Of a DNA stretch of 64,000 nucleotides, positions 37,801 through 49,548 are shown piece by piece (positions within the stretch are counted from its first letter, which is position 1; each line of letters opens with the position of its first letter). The notes beneath the pieces are model-generated. The model was not told where the DNA came from. It saw only the letters and a list, made by a program, of their open reading frames with translations, and searched no databases. The stretch lies in contig NIVC01000446.1 in assembly GCA_002269645.1 (NCBI GenBank), positions 1 to 64,000 on the forward strand, given 5' to 3'. The translations under genes were made by a program, and so were the position numbers. The DNA comes from Macrostomum lignano (taxonomy: Eukaryota).

Positions 37801-38639
37801 TACTAGGTATTTGCTATGCAAGTCGCTAGCTACTTAGTTCAGCACAAATATAGACATAGTTAAGCAGATTTGGGAGCGGTTAGTTCACCGATCTGAGTTT
37901 TTAATGTTAGGAACTCGCATAAATCGATATAATAATCAATCTTGAAATGCCTATAATTATATTTCAGACCAGTCTCCAGTCCGACATCAAAACCGTATTT
38001 TCAAGACCGAATTTGTCAAGTCAGCATCACCAGTCTTCATCAACATCGGACAGCCACTCGGACAGCCTGTCCCAATTCGACTGCTACGGCGATTATTCCA
38101 CCAAAGTTTCCGGCATTGTTCGCTGTTTGAAAAGCATCGAAGCTAGCGAGCCAGGCGCAAAAGTGCTCGTGTTCTCCTCTTTCCCAGCCATGCTCGAACT
38201 GCTCCGCTCTGCTCTAATTATCAACGGCATACCGCACGCATTCGTTATGGATAGCAGGACTCGCGATTCTGGCATTGAGAAATTCAAATCCGAAGCCAGA
38301 CTGACTGTCCTGCTGCTGTCAATCAACTACGGTGCTAATGGATTGAACCTGATTGAAGCTAATCACGTGCTATTGGCTGAGCCGCAGCTAAATCCTGCTC
38401 AAGAGTTGCAAGCTATTGGTCGGATTGACCGCATTGGTCAGACTAAACCAACCTGTGTGCACCGGTTTCTCGTGTCCAACACTATCGAGGAGGCGCTCTG
38501 GTCGGCTGTGCGGACCTCTAATGACAGCTCCACCATTGCTAATGCGGCCTCGCAATCCTGCAGTCTGACTGTTGACCAGCTGACAGAATTGCTTTGTCCC
38601 AGTCCCGATGCTGACACTGACGATATTATGGAGGCTTGA
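25890..38639 (+). CDS. SHPRH: SNF2-PHD-RING helicase / E3 ligase. About 11 exons: 25890-26306, 26988-27410, 27814(or 27880)-28202, 28998-29426, 30214-30878, 32715-32979, 33699-33988, 34433-34889, 35874-36182(or 36137), 36700-37041, 37968-38639. Frameshifts in exons 4-5 as assembled
   Basis: Q motif LRPYQ, GGILADEMGLGKT, PHD (CxC...CDSC...HRRC...CPMC), WWRIVLDEAQ, RWCVTGTP, MRQAC, RING (CPVC...CAHQLCLNC...CPVC) and helicase-C (KVLVFSSF, GANGLNLIEANHV, QAIGRIDRIGQ). Confidence 0.92.
26515..26770 (+). mobile_element. tRNA-derived SINE with a conserved central domain (Meta/V-SINE-like), in SHPRH intron 1
   Basis: A-box TAGCCTAGTG (about 26519), B-box GGGTTCAAATC (about 26562), then GTGTCCTTGAGCAAGACACTT...CACCCAGCTGTAAAATGGGT, typical of metazoan SINE cores. 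Confidence 0.75.
27530..27755. repeat. 21-bp minisatellite (GGATCAGAATCCCCATCTCAK)n, SHPRH intron 2
   Basis: About 10 units seen directly. Confidence 0.9.
28255..28870. repeat. 28-bp minisatellite (GGGTGAGATTCTTATCCTGTGGTCTCAT)n, SHPRH intron 3, interrupted by a MITE
   Basis: Tandem units on both sides of 28593-28760. Confidence 0.93.
28593..28760. mobile_element. hAT-type MITE (168 bp) with an 8-bp TSD
   Basis: TIRs CAGTGGCGCAACCAG / CTGGTTGCGCTACTG; TSD GTCTCATG at 28585-28592 and 28761-28768; internal poly-G/poly-C. Confidence 0.9.
29485..30090. repeat. 28-bp minisatellite (AGCTAGAGGGTGAGATTTTGAAGGTCAW)n, SHPRH intron 4
   Basis: About 20 units seen directly. Confidence 0.93.
30940..31298 (-). 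mobile_element. Full-length tRNA-derived SINE with a 14-bp TSD, in SHPRH intron 5
   Basis: Minus strand: A-box TAGCCCAGCGG, B-box GGCTCGATTCC, 3' TAATAAAAA tail. TSD GGCTGTGTGACTCT at 30926-30939 and 31299-31312. Confidence 0.88.
31310..32590. repeat. 51-bp polypyrimidine minisatellite (TTCTTCCTTCCATCCGCCTCTTCCGCCCCGTCCGCCTCTTCCTCCCCTGCG)n, SHPRH intron 5
   Basis: About 24 units; source of the 373-522-aa repetitive ORFs. Confidence 0.95.
33045..33640. repeat. 24-bp minisatellite (GAATCGCCCCTGAATCATCCTTAA)n, SHPRH intron 6
   Basis: Tandem units with a TAAGTATCCTAGA variant. Confidence 0.92.
34075..34265. repeat. Degenerate ~25-bp repeat containing GGGGTGAGATTCT, SHPRH intron 7
   Basis: About 6 diverged copies of the motif. 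Confidence 0.7.
35275..35850. repeat. 22-bp minisatellite (AATCACCCTAAACACCCCAATR)n, SHPRH intron 8
   Basis: About 25 units seen directly. Confidence 0.92.
36325..36610. repeat. ~21-bp minisatellite (TCCGGTTTCTCATAAATTACC)n, SHPRH intron 9
   Basis: Three near-perfect units plus diverged ones; EKPEVIY periodicity on the minus strand. Confidence 0.85.
37095..37695. repeat. 44-bp minisatellite (ATRGATTGCTAATCTAGCCTGTGTGTACATTGGGMAGAAGTAGG)n, SHPRH intron 10
   Basis: About 13 units seen directly. Confidence 0.95.
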
Positions 38640-38659
38640 GTCTGGGTCTCTACCTAATT

Positions 38660-38893
38660 AGTTATTGACAGGAGGTTGTGTGTGCACCCTTGGTGCACTT
38701 TAAGCGACATTGCTGCCCATCCTGCCTGCTCCCCTGAGCTGTCATACGCAGCTTCCCTAACTTTATTTATCGTTAGGCATTTACACTTCACTGTGCCTTG
38801 GGGGTTGGTTGGCCCTTCAAGGCCGTTAATTTCACAAGCAAACCCAAGCCAGCCGAGCCCCAAAGATTGGAATCGAGCCTGGGCCGCTGGCAC
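38660..38893 (-). mobile_element. 5'-truncated copy of the 30940-31298 SINE, antisense, just after the SHPRH stop codon
   Basis: Shares GCACTTTAAGCGACAT, ACTTTATTT(T)ATCGTTAGGCAT.TACACTTCACTG.GCCTTGGGGG and TGGAATCGAGCCTGGG with the intron-5 copy. Confidence 0.85.
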
Positions 38894-39573
38894 ATCAATT
38901 AATTCCCTGATTCATTACCTAACTAACTATTTAGAGAAAATCACAGTTAACGACCTGTGACCCGAATATGGAGAATGGCCATTTGCGTATTAGCTCGTAA
39001 CTAACTGATTTAATAGGCTAGTGACATTGTGACATTTTGGCCCGGTTTGCAGAGAAGTTTATTCTTTCTGACCAATTACATTGTTTACTAGCAGTAAGTC
39101 TGTTCGACTTGATTTTAGCTTTTTTTTTTAGTTTTTTTGTATCATTTTTAGCTTCTGTTATTATTGCATGTTTAGTAACAGTTTATGGATCTTTCTTACT
39201 CATGTAAGAAACAATTGATCAACCGGTTAATCTGTCAGCTACAACTGTTGTCTCAATTCTGTCAAAACAGTAAATGAAGACTCGATACAATCGTTTTATA
39301 AGTCTGTGTGATCCATTTTTCTCATCATTTTTCTTTTGTTTTCAATTATTTACTGTTCTACTATAAGTAGTATGTAATTTTCGTGTAAAAACAGCAAAAA
39401 ATATTCGTTCCCGCATTTTATGCTGCATTAAAAGCGGCAACAGACAGCAACGGCAGCAATGCCAGCAGTAAAGTGAAGCCGCTATTGTGTTTTATAAACA
39501 ATCTTGCTTTAACCACTAAAAATAGTATATCGATTTTTAACGCCCGAAAAATCAGATTTAAATAACTACCGAT

Positions 39574-40267
39574 ATGTTGCGCAGTCTACGTTCGGCTGTG
39601 TTTGGCAAATCGAAATCGAACGAATTTGACTCGGGCGGAGGCGGCGCCAGCGGTGGTTCTTCTTTTAGTAGCAGCGCGCCAGGAAATCCTGTTATCAATA
39701 GCAGATTCGATGCGGTCTGTCGGGAATTTCTCGACGCTTGGCAATCGGAGTCCACCGACTCTGCCGACGCGTTGCAAGCTTCGCCTGCTCCCATTGACGA
39801 CGCGGAATTGAAAAGCCTTTGCGAGTCTGTCCAGTCGCACATTCGTCTAGTGGTATTCGTTGACAGTCACCGACTCAGGCGGCACGTGTTCTTCGACTCT
39901 AAAACCTTGGAAAGAATCGTTCCGGACCAGGGGGGTCAGGGTCAGGCGGCAAGCAGCCAGCAGCAGCGGCAGCAACAACAGCAACAGCAGAAGACTCAGA
40001 TATCAAGATCGGCAACAATTCCTGCTAGAATTGATTGGACAGCGTCTGGGCAGCAGTCAAGACAGAAGTTGCAGCGTCAGCAGCAGCAACAGCAGCAGCA
40101 GCAGCAGCAACAACCTCCAAGAAGACGCACTTTGCCACCTTGGACGCCGAATTATCGGCAGAGCAAGCAGGCTAGCGATATATCGCTGCTGAGAGAGCTG
40201 GTAGGCTGCCCACTTGCGCCTGCGTTTCTGTATGTCTGTCTGCCTGTCTGTCTGCCTGTCTGTCTGC

Positions 40268-40298
<31 letters not shown>

Positions 40299-40782
40299 CC
40301 TGTCTGTCTGTCTGTCTGCCTGTCTGCGGGTGTCCGTCTTTCTGTCTGTCTGTCTGTCCGTCTGTGTCTGTCTGTCTGTCTCTGTCTATCTGTCCGTCTG
40401 TTGGTGTCTTGTTTCTTTCTGTCTGTCTGTCTGCCTGTCTGTCTGCGGGTGTCCGTCTGTCTGTCTGTCTGTCTGTCAGTCAGTCTTTCTGTCGATGCCT
40501 GTTTTTATCTGCCTGTCCGTGTCTTTTCTGTCGATGCCTGTTTTTATCTGTCTGTCTGTCTGCCTGTCTGTCTGTCTGCCTGTCTGTCTGCCTGTCTGTG
40601 TCTGCCTGTCTGTCTGTCTGTCCGTCTGTCTGTCTGTCTGTCTGCGGGTGTCCGTCTTTCTGTCTGTCTGTCTGTGTCTGTCTGTCCGTCTGTGTCTGTC
40701 TGTCTGTCTCTGTCTATCTGTCCGTCTGTTGGTGTCTTGTTTCTTTCTGTCTGTCTGTCTGCCTGTCTGTCTGCGGGTGTCC

Positions 40783-40813
<31 letters not shown>

Positions 40814-40864
40814 AGTCTTTCTGTCGATGCCTGTTTTTATCTGCCTGTCTGTCTGCGGGTGTCC

Positions 40865-40907
<43 letters not shown>

Positions 40908-41345
40908 AGTCTTTCTGTCGATGCCTGTTTTTATCTGCCTGTCCGTGTCTTTTCTGTCGATGCCTGTTTTTATCTGCCTGTCCGTGTCTGTATCTGTCTG
41001 TTCTTCTGTCGATCCCGCTGCTTACCTCACGCACCCCATCCCAATGCCCATGCAGGTATTCGGCAACGTGGAACTTAGCCATAAAGCCGCCTGCACCAAG
41101 GTGCACGCCAGCGACAACCCGTTGAAGATTTACCTGACACGCCTGTTCTACCCGACCAGCTCCAACTGCGGCTCCGTCACGACCACCACCTCGGCTTCGA
41201 GTAGCGCGTCCGCCTCTAGCTTTGACCAGCAGCCGCATCAAGCTGCCAATTCTCCCGCTCTCGCACACGTTGGCCAGCTGCCCAGGCCCGTGTCTCTGGC
41301 GCACTTTATCGATCCTTCATCGACAACGCCCAGACCGCTCGGCAT

Positions 41346-41376
<31 letters not shown>

Positions 41377-41648
41377 ATTCTCCGTTTTCAGCAGCAGCAG
41401 GCGAACAGCAGTGTCCGCTCGTCCATGCCCTATCTATCCACATCGCCGTTCGCTACCGCTAGTACTATTAGTAATAGATCAAACGGAGTCTCTGGCCAGT
41501 CTCGAGCTGTTGCTATGGAAACTCACGGCGCCGCTAAATGGATGATCGGCGGCGGCGGTAGTCCGTCTAGCTATCCGGACTCGACGCCTGACGGGTCGGC
41601 AATTTCGCCGACATCGCCGACTAGCGCTGATGTGGCTTCTTCGCCGCC

Positions 41649-41685
<37 letters not shown>

Positions 41686-43181
41686 CTGCTAGTGTCAGCC
41701 TCGCCCAGAGAAGCTAAAGCGGCCATAACTAATCTGGCTTATCAGTGCCCGCTATCGTCAGTAGCTGCCGCCGCGACCGGCACTTCATCGTCTAGCGCCG
41801 CGTCTACTCCGGCGCCTTGTCGGGGCGATAAAATCGGCATCTGCTTGATTATTAATTCGCTTGGCCGGCCCAGTTCAGACGAGCGATTCTATAAGTTCTT
41901 TTTTACGCACAATGCCTTCTTTGATGCTCTGATTGTGGGACTGTGCGACGATGTTGTGCAGACGCTGTCTATGGATCCGCAGGTTTGTGCCATTTTTTTC
42001 TCCCTGTGGGATTTTAACGGGGGTATATAATCTAGCCTGTGTGTACATTGGTATGTGTGAATAAAACTTCCCAAAAACCGCCAGGTGACCAGAATCGATC
42101 CCCTGGAGACGGTGCTCAAAGCGTTGCGCTCTGTACAGCAGAAGATCAGCCAACTGTTCCACTGTCCGCTGCTGCATAACCCAGCCTGGCTTAGCGTTCG
42201 CCGTCAGCCTAGTCTCAATCGAATCTTTGCCAGCTCGTGTCTCAGGCCAGCTATGGCTAGCATTAACTCGGCCAAGCATAATTTCTTTGTATCCTCCTTG
42301 GTCACCGCCGCACTGACGCATCACCTGGCCTGGCTGGAGACCGCCGCCCCAGCTGACAGGCGGCACACCGGCTGCATCCATGCCGACAAGTCTCGGGCCT
42401 ACTGCGCACAATGGATGCAGCTCTGCCAGCTCTACAGCGTGCTGGGCTATCCCAGACGCGTGTCCAGAACTGTACTAGTTGGCAGCAATCGCAATCTGTT
42501 GGGGCTGCTGTTGCATTTGGTTAGTTATTTTCTAAGATGCAGCGATGTTATGCTTAGCGACGATAATCTGCCAGATGAGATTCATTATCAGCATCCGGAT
42601 CGGCTAGCGGCTAATCAGCCTCATCAGAATCATCATCAGTGCTCAGCTTCCAGCAGTTCCTCATCTGATAGCACCAGCGATTTGGACCATTCGCCGCCTA
42701 ATAGTGACTACTCAGCCACTGCTCTGGCTGCCGCGGCTGCTGTGGCAAATCTGCAGACTGCTGCTACAATTACTACTACTAGCAGCAGTAGTAAGGCCGC
42801 ACCTTCGCCATCATCCGACTATTGCAGCGACTGCGAACAGCATCAGCATTGTTTATTACAAATGGGCTCAAATTCTACCGCTGTTAGTAATCAGCCATTG
42901 CTGCAGCTGAACCTGTTGCAGCAGCAGCAGCAACAGAAGCAAGAAGCTGGTCAACGCGGCGAGTTTCTCAGTCTACCGCAGACTAGTCGGCCTTCGTTTA
43001 CTAAACGGCACTACGGCAGTCTGGGTCGGTCGTTGTTGCGCAGCGTGTCACCTTTTCTAGTACCGTTTGCCGCTCTGCAGGGCACTACTGACAGGTGATT
43101 AGAGGGGCTGTCTGTAGCTTTAAAGTTTAGTCTGTTTAGATTCAGAGATAGATGATAAATAAATAGAATAATTGATAGATC

Positions 43182-43258
<77 letters not shown>

Positions 43259-43515
43259 CGAATCATTCATTGCCGCAGCCAATCAAGCTGAAAGCACGCA
43301 CACAAGATCACCGGAAACGATTAAGGCAGCTGGAAAGCCAATGGGCGCGGTAAGCGCTTTTATCCAGAGGAACTACCTGCTGGAACCAGCCATGCCGAAC
43401 GAAAATCAGACTACTCAAGTAGTGCAAAAGAGTACGTGCAACTACCGAGAAATCTAATTTTCGTAACCGCTCCGGTGCAGGTCCTGGCTATAGATATAGA
43501 AAGATAGATAGATAG

Positions 43516-43599
<84 letters not shown>

Positions 43600-43631
43600 C
43601 TCGTAGATAGATAGATAGATAGATACACTCG

Positions 43632-43717
<86 letters not shown>

Positions 43718-43723
43718 CACTCG

Positions 43724-43809
<86 letters not shown>

Positions 43810-43843
43810 CACTCGTAGATAGATAGATAGATAGATACACTCG

Positions 43844-43879
<36 letters not shown>

Positions 43880-43883
43880 CTCG

Positions 43884-43955
<72 letters not shown>

Positions 43956-43959
43956 CTCG

Positions 43960-44040
<81 letters not shown>

Positions 44041-44552
44041 CCATGGATAGACAGATCTAGACAGATAAGTTAGTCAGCACACGAAGACCAAAACTCGCAC
44101 TAATCCGCAGGTCAATCCTGGACTCGCCGGGCGGTCTAAAAGAGCAGCTAAGGTTTTTTCTCGATCACGACGTCTGCGACGAGCCAATTAGCGAGTCGGT
44201 GCTGGTCATTGCGGACTGCGATCGATTCACTGTGACGGTGAAATCTCTGTCAGCTGACAGCACAGTGGTTCGCGATCTGGGCGCCGTTGTGCCAGCCTAC
44301 TCCGTCCACTCGATGCTGGAAGACTCCTGCAGGCATCTGGACCTTGGCGCACCGCCGGCCGCCTGTCTGGCCCACATCGAGTCCTGCCTGCAGCGGATTG
44401 AGCGCCTTGGCAGAGCCCTGGCCGCCGTGCTGCGCTGCTGTCCGCCAATGGACCGGGACCAGCTGGCCGCCTGTCTGCACACGCATCCGAATGATTTGCC
44501 ACTGCTAGCCAGTATTGCATTGTCGCAGTGCCGCTATGTCACTCCGCTGTGA
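39574..44552 (+). CDS. FNIP: Folliculin-interacting protein; 4 exons: 39574-40200, 41056-41982, 42085-43094, 44111-44552
   Basis: IRLVVF (longin), SLLREL|[38 protein letters not shown]...[48 protein letters not shown]. Junction phases are consistent. Confidence 0.88.
40225..41010. repeat. (TCTG)n compound microsatellite with repeated higher-order blocks, FNIP intron 1
   Basis: Blocks such as GTCAGTCTTTCTGTCGATGCCTGTTTTTATCTG recur several times. Confidence 0.95.
43145..44060. repeat. (GATA)n microsatellite with ACTCGT interruptions, split by a ~240-bp unique segment (43260-43495), FNIP intron 3
   Basis: Seen directly. Confidence 0.95.
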
Positions 44553-44712
44553 GATAAAAAGAAATTGCACGCTTTGCCTTATATTAATCGTAGTTATCTA
44601 TTCTACTATATAGCATTCGATTAAAGTTAGTTTAGCACATTTTATAAAATTGCAGGGTGCCTTAAAAGGGCCGTTTTGTGCACTCGTGTAATATATTCTA
44701 CGGAAAGAGTCT

Positions 44713-45033
44713 AAGGACTACTCAAGTAGAAGGACGGGACACTATGTTTCTTAGAAAATGCTTCATAAAAGGCCGGTTTTCGCCGAAAAATACACTACGC
44801 AGCATTTTTGTATTTCATTTTTTCACCACAAAAATTGCTATTGCAATTGAAAGGCACAGCATATCAAAAGATGAGCATTGGTTCTGCCTCCTATCGAAAG
44901 CAAGTTTTTTTTTTCATTTTTGTGCTGAAAAATAAAAACTTCCTATCCCCGTATTGTATTTTTCGGCGAAAATCGGCCTCATAAACATTTTCTAAGAAAC
45001 GTAGTGTCCCGTCCTTCTAGTTGAGTGGTCCTT
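44713..45033. mobile_element. MITE with ~80-bp TIRs (possibly Kolobok-like; degenerate TTAA-type flanks)
   Basis: AAGGACYACTCAASTAGAAGGACGGGACACTAYGTTTCTTAGAAAATG...TTTTCGCCGAAAAATAC in inverted orientation at both ends. Confidence 0.75.
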
Positions 45034-46144
45034 GAAACAGACTCCAAAGTTTAAGCTGCGGGTAATGTTAAAGAAAACTAGAAAATATATATCACTAAAT
45101 ATTTCGAAATATTAATAAGAACAAGAAAAGTATAGCAAAATTCGCGTCTAAAAAGGGCCGTTTTAACACCCATCTTTTTAAAACAAAAGCTACTAAATCC
45201 CGAACCTTTTACATCTTAGTATTTTGTCTATTGTCCCCAATTCTGTATCAAGAATGTTGATTTCTTTGATATTAATAATGTAAATAATATATATTCATAT
45301 ATATATAATGCTATATGTAACTACTATCACAATCAACTTGTTCACTTTATTAATTGATCACAGAATGCATTGTAAATAGTGGTTCTATTTCTTCTGTAAA
45401 CTATTATTGATTGAGTTATTAATATTTTATACATGAATGTTATGATGTGTAAATTAACTATAATTTTCCAACCCGTTGAGAAGACGATTGTTAAGTCACG
45501 AGCGCATCACGTGAGTTGCAGAAGTCATTATAGAAGGGCATCAGATTGGCAGACAATAGAGCGCCTCAAATTGACTTTTAAGCGACTCGTTGAAATCTTG
45601 TCGTTTTAGAGTTGTAGTGTAGAGTCACGTGTTTCCCATTTTACTTGGCGTTTCTTGGCCTGGGTGCCCCGTTTTCATCTGGCAGGTTATATCGATATTT
45701 ACTTGGTATAAATATTTCATTTCCTATAGTTGCCAAAAACTGTGCTTTGATTTACTATATTTGACAATTTTATTTGCTGCGCCTTGCTGTGCATGTATCA
45801 ATTTGTTTATTCATTGATTTATTCCTCATTTTTAGCATCCGCTGCCCCCGTTTGTTGCTCATCTAATCTAAATTTTTTATTTTGTGTTTGTCAATGATAA
45901 AAAATATCTCATCATCCAGTTGTATTATTCCGGTGTTTGGGTGTCTGCTTCGTACTTTCTTTTTAACCCAAACCCGTTTAGATTTGCGCGACCGCTTATT
46001 CTGCTTGTTATAATACGGCCTGTGCCTGTGTGAATATTTTCAACTACTTCAAGAACAGAGCTAGTCCTTTTAATCATTTTAATTTCCTGCTTTTTCATGC
46101 CATAATGAGCCTCTGTTAATCCCATCTCTTAATCTTGTACCGAA

Positions 46145-47210
46145 GTATCTCACTCTACTCTCTGAGCCTACTCTGAAGTATCTCACCCTACTCTCTGAGC
46201 CTACTCTGAAGTATCTCACCCTACTCTCTGAGCCTACTCTGAAGTATCTCACCCTACTCTCTGAGCCTACTCTGAAGTATCTCACCCTATTCTCTGAGCC
46301 TACTCTGAAGTATCTCACCCTACTCTCTGAGCCTACTCTGAAGTATCTCACCCTATTCTCTGAGCCTACCCTGAAGTATTTCACCCTACTCTCTGAGCCT
46401 ACTCTGAATTAACTCACTCTATTCTCTGAGACTACCCTGAAGTATTTCACCCTACTCTCTGAGCCTACTCTGAAGTATCTCACCCTACTCTCTGAGCCTA
46501 CTCTGAAGTATCTCACCCTACTCTCTGAGCCTACTCTGAAGTATCTCACTCTATTCTCTGAGCCTACCCTGAAGTATCTCACCCTACTCTCTGAGCCTAC
46601 TCTGAAGTATCTCACCCTATTCTCTGAGCCTACTCTGAAGTATCTCACCCTACTCTCTGAGCCTACTCTGAAGTATCTCACCCTACTCTCTGAGCCTACT
46701 CTGAAGTATCTCACTCTATTCTATGAGCCTACTCTGAAGTATCTCACTCTATTCTATGAGCCTACTCTGAAGTATCTCACTCTATTCTCTGAGCCTACTC
46801 TGAAGTACCTCACCCTACTCTCTAAGCCTACTCTGAAGTACCTCACCCTACTCTGAAGTATCTCACTCTATTCTATGAGCCTACTCTGAAGTATCTCACT
46901 CTATTCTCTGAGCCTACTCTGAAGTACCTCACCCTACTCTCTAAGCCTACTCTGAAGTACCTCACCCTACTCTGAAGTATCTCACCCTACTCTCTGAGCC
47001 TACTCTGAAGTATCTCACCCTACTCTCTGAGCCTACTCTGAAGTATCTCACTCTATTCTATGAGCCTACTCTGAAGTATCTCACTCTATTCTCTGAGCCT
47101 ACTCTGAAGTACCTCACCCTACTCTCTAAGCCTACTCTGAAGTACCTCACCCTACTCTGAAGTATCTCACCCTACTCTCTGAGCCTACCCTGAAGTATTT
47201 CACCCTACCC
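46145..47210. repeat. 33-bp minisatellite (CTCTGAGCCTACTCTGAAGTATCTCACCCTACT)n with repeated multi-unit blocks
   Basis: About 30 units; 11-aa periodic ORFs. Confidence 0.95.
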
Positions 47211-48236
47211 TTAAAGTGCACAGGATATTGCGTGAAAGTTTATCGTCACTCGCTATATAATTACTGTCTATCAAAGTTTAGATGTATATATTATCTGACT
47301 TAAACTTCTGACAAAACTGACACGTTGACATTATGTTATTTTTGTAAGAAAATATTTATTACTTATTATTTGATAAATGCACTGCACTCGTGTATCGGTA
47401 TGTTATGTTTTCTTGTCCGAATTCTGCTCACCAGCAAACACACGCGCACACAGATACACAAACACACAAACAGAGACTGCCGCCGCTAAAAGTTATCCGT
47501 CTTTATTATAACAAAGTGGATGCAATTTTGCTCATATATATTTATATTTATTTCTGTCTAACTGTGCCGCCAATGCGCCAAGTTGTGACTGTTATTAATA
47601 TTTATATCTGTGCGGTTACAACTAGACTTCAAAGATGGGTTTATTGTTCTCCTATAAAATCTCTACAATTTTTGTGCATAGCAGAATCCCCTTGTTGTCA
47701 AGGAAATCTATCCTCCTAGTGCATTATTAATTCTTGTCTATTTTTTTCTTTTACGCGCATTCAATTTTCGGTGCGCTGAAATGCTCATTCATGTCTTGAC
47801 TTTCCATAGCAAATTATGATTGTAATGATAGTACTAGCTGTAAGTAGACGGTTTCGTGCATTGCAATCTGTTCACTTGTTGCGTTGTTGTTTTTCAGAAA
47901 AAATACAGATAATGAAGGCATTGTTGACAAATCTGGCTTTGCTTTTTTGAGTAATTATTTTTAATGCAAACTAGGAAAATAATTAGATACGTATATATTA
48001 CTGACAGTAGACAAAGCACTAGGTTTTCATTCTATGCGGTATCTTTAATACCGGTTAGGCTTTTTAAAAATCATCTGAAAAGTCCGTCGTTTGGCAATTC
48101 AAATTTTGTATTTTCAGCGATTGAATTTACCTTGATATTTGCTTACGTCTCTACTTAATTCATCGAATGTCAGTAGGATAATGCGAATATTTTGCCAAAA
48201 TTATCTGTTAATGCTACACAGCCCTAGCAGCCAACC

Positions 48237-48572
48237 ATGCGCTACATCGCCGCCTTCCTGCTGTCCGCAATGAGCGGCCAGGAGCCCACCAAGGAGTCCG
48301 TGAAGAAAATCCTCGGCTCAGTCGGCATCGACTGCGAAGAGGACCGGCTGAACAAACTGTTCGCCGATCTCAAGGGCAAGAGCATCGACGAGATGATCGA
48401 GGCCGGTCAGAAGAAACTCGCCAGCGTCCCGTCTGGCGCGCCCGCCGCTGGTGCCGCCGCCGCTGCACCCGCCGCGGCCGCCGAGGCAGCAAAGCCGGAG
48501 GCCAAGAAAGAGGAGAAAAAAGAGGAGTCCGAGTCAGAGGATGACGACATGGGATTCGGCCTGTTTGACTGA
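48237..48572 (+). CDS. RPLP2: 60S acidic ribosomal protein P2, copy 1 (intronless CDS)
   Basis: MRYIAAFLL start, Ala-rich hinge and the conserved C-terminus [16 protein letters not shown]. Confidence 0.97.
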   Translation: MRYIAAFLLSAMSGQEPTKESVKKILGSVGIDCEEDRLNKLFADLKGKSIDEMIEAGQKKLASVPSGAPAAGAAAAAPAAAAEAAKPEAKKEEKKEESESEDDDMGFGLFD

Positions 48573-49548
48573 GAACAGAACCATCGCGGCATTTCTTGAA
48601 TGTTTTTTTGAGTTGATAGCTCGGACTGAAGGAGTTAGTTAAGGGGCAAGATTGCTTTATCGTAGTAAATAATAGTAAAAATAAATGCAAACTTCAGCAT
48701 ATATTGCGCCTCAAGAGCGTCGGATGGAATTATATTACTGTCTTTTACTTGTAACTTTTTTATTCAGTTAAGTAAGTAATAAATCGCTTTATTTACGTTT
48801 TAGCTCAGTGTGAAAAGGTTAGTTATTTACTAGCAGGAGACGACAATCGGCAATACCTGCAAAATCTTCGGTAAAATTTCTTTTTAAAAATGATCCATAT
48901 CTTTATCTGTTACTAAAAATTTATTTAAACAATTGAGTATAAAATGAATTAAAAATTATTCAATTTATCTACAGTCTATCTCGACTCAGCCATGAGCGAA
49001 AATAATAAGAATTAAAATATTCGTGCAAAATTTCGGGTTTTGTATCCCATCATTCATGTTGAGGGTGGTGAACTAACCTCACCTTGAAGCAGTCCTCTGA
49101 ATTGCATTCAATATATAGTCTAAATGGTTTTATAGATCGGTATAACTTTAAATTGTCTATTATCCGGGAAGCAAGTAGACATTTTAGTATATGAAGACTA
49201 TCGCTTGAACTAACCTCATTGGGAACTCGTATTGCTCAGGCTACGCCATTTAGTGCTGTCATGTAAAGCTCTAATTATTTTAGTATATTGGACTAGCAAT
49301 CTTAACCCCCCCGCTGGGGCGGCACCAAGTAAAGTAATATTAATACAGACAGCTACGTTTACGAAGGTCTTGTTTAGTCATTATTATTGGTTTCTTGGGA
49401 GTAAGGCATGCAGATGCAGAGTTTTAAAAAGCATTCGCCATCGCAGATCCCAGGCCTTCAGCGTAAGGTGCCATGCAACTTCCCGATTGAGCCTTGGCAT
49501 CTCAGCAACTCCCCCTTCTTCAACGCATTCCAGCCCTAGCAGCCAACC

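Noticed and set aside
40201-41055. CLSV-rich middle part of the 818-aa ORF
   Set aside because: It is FNIP intron 1: GT donor at 40201, AG acceptor at 41055, and the FNIP motif REL|VFG is contiguous after splicing.
45500-45640. CACGTG (CLEAR-like) boxes as TFEB sites for FNIP
   Set aside because: They are downstream of the FNIP stop, none was seen upstream of its start, and hexamer hits are expected by chance.
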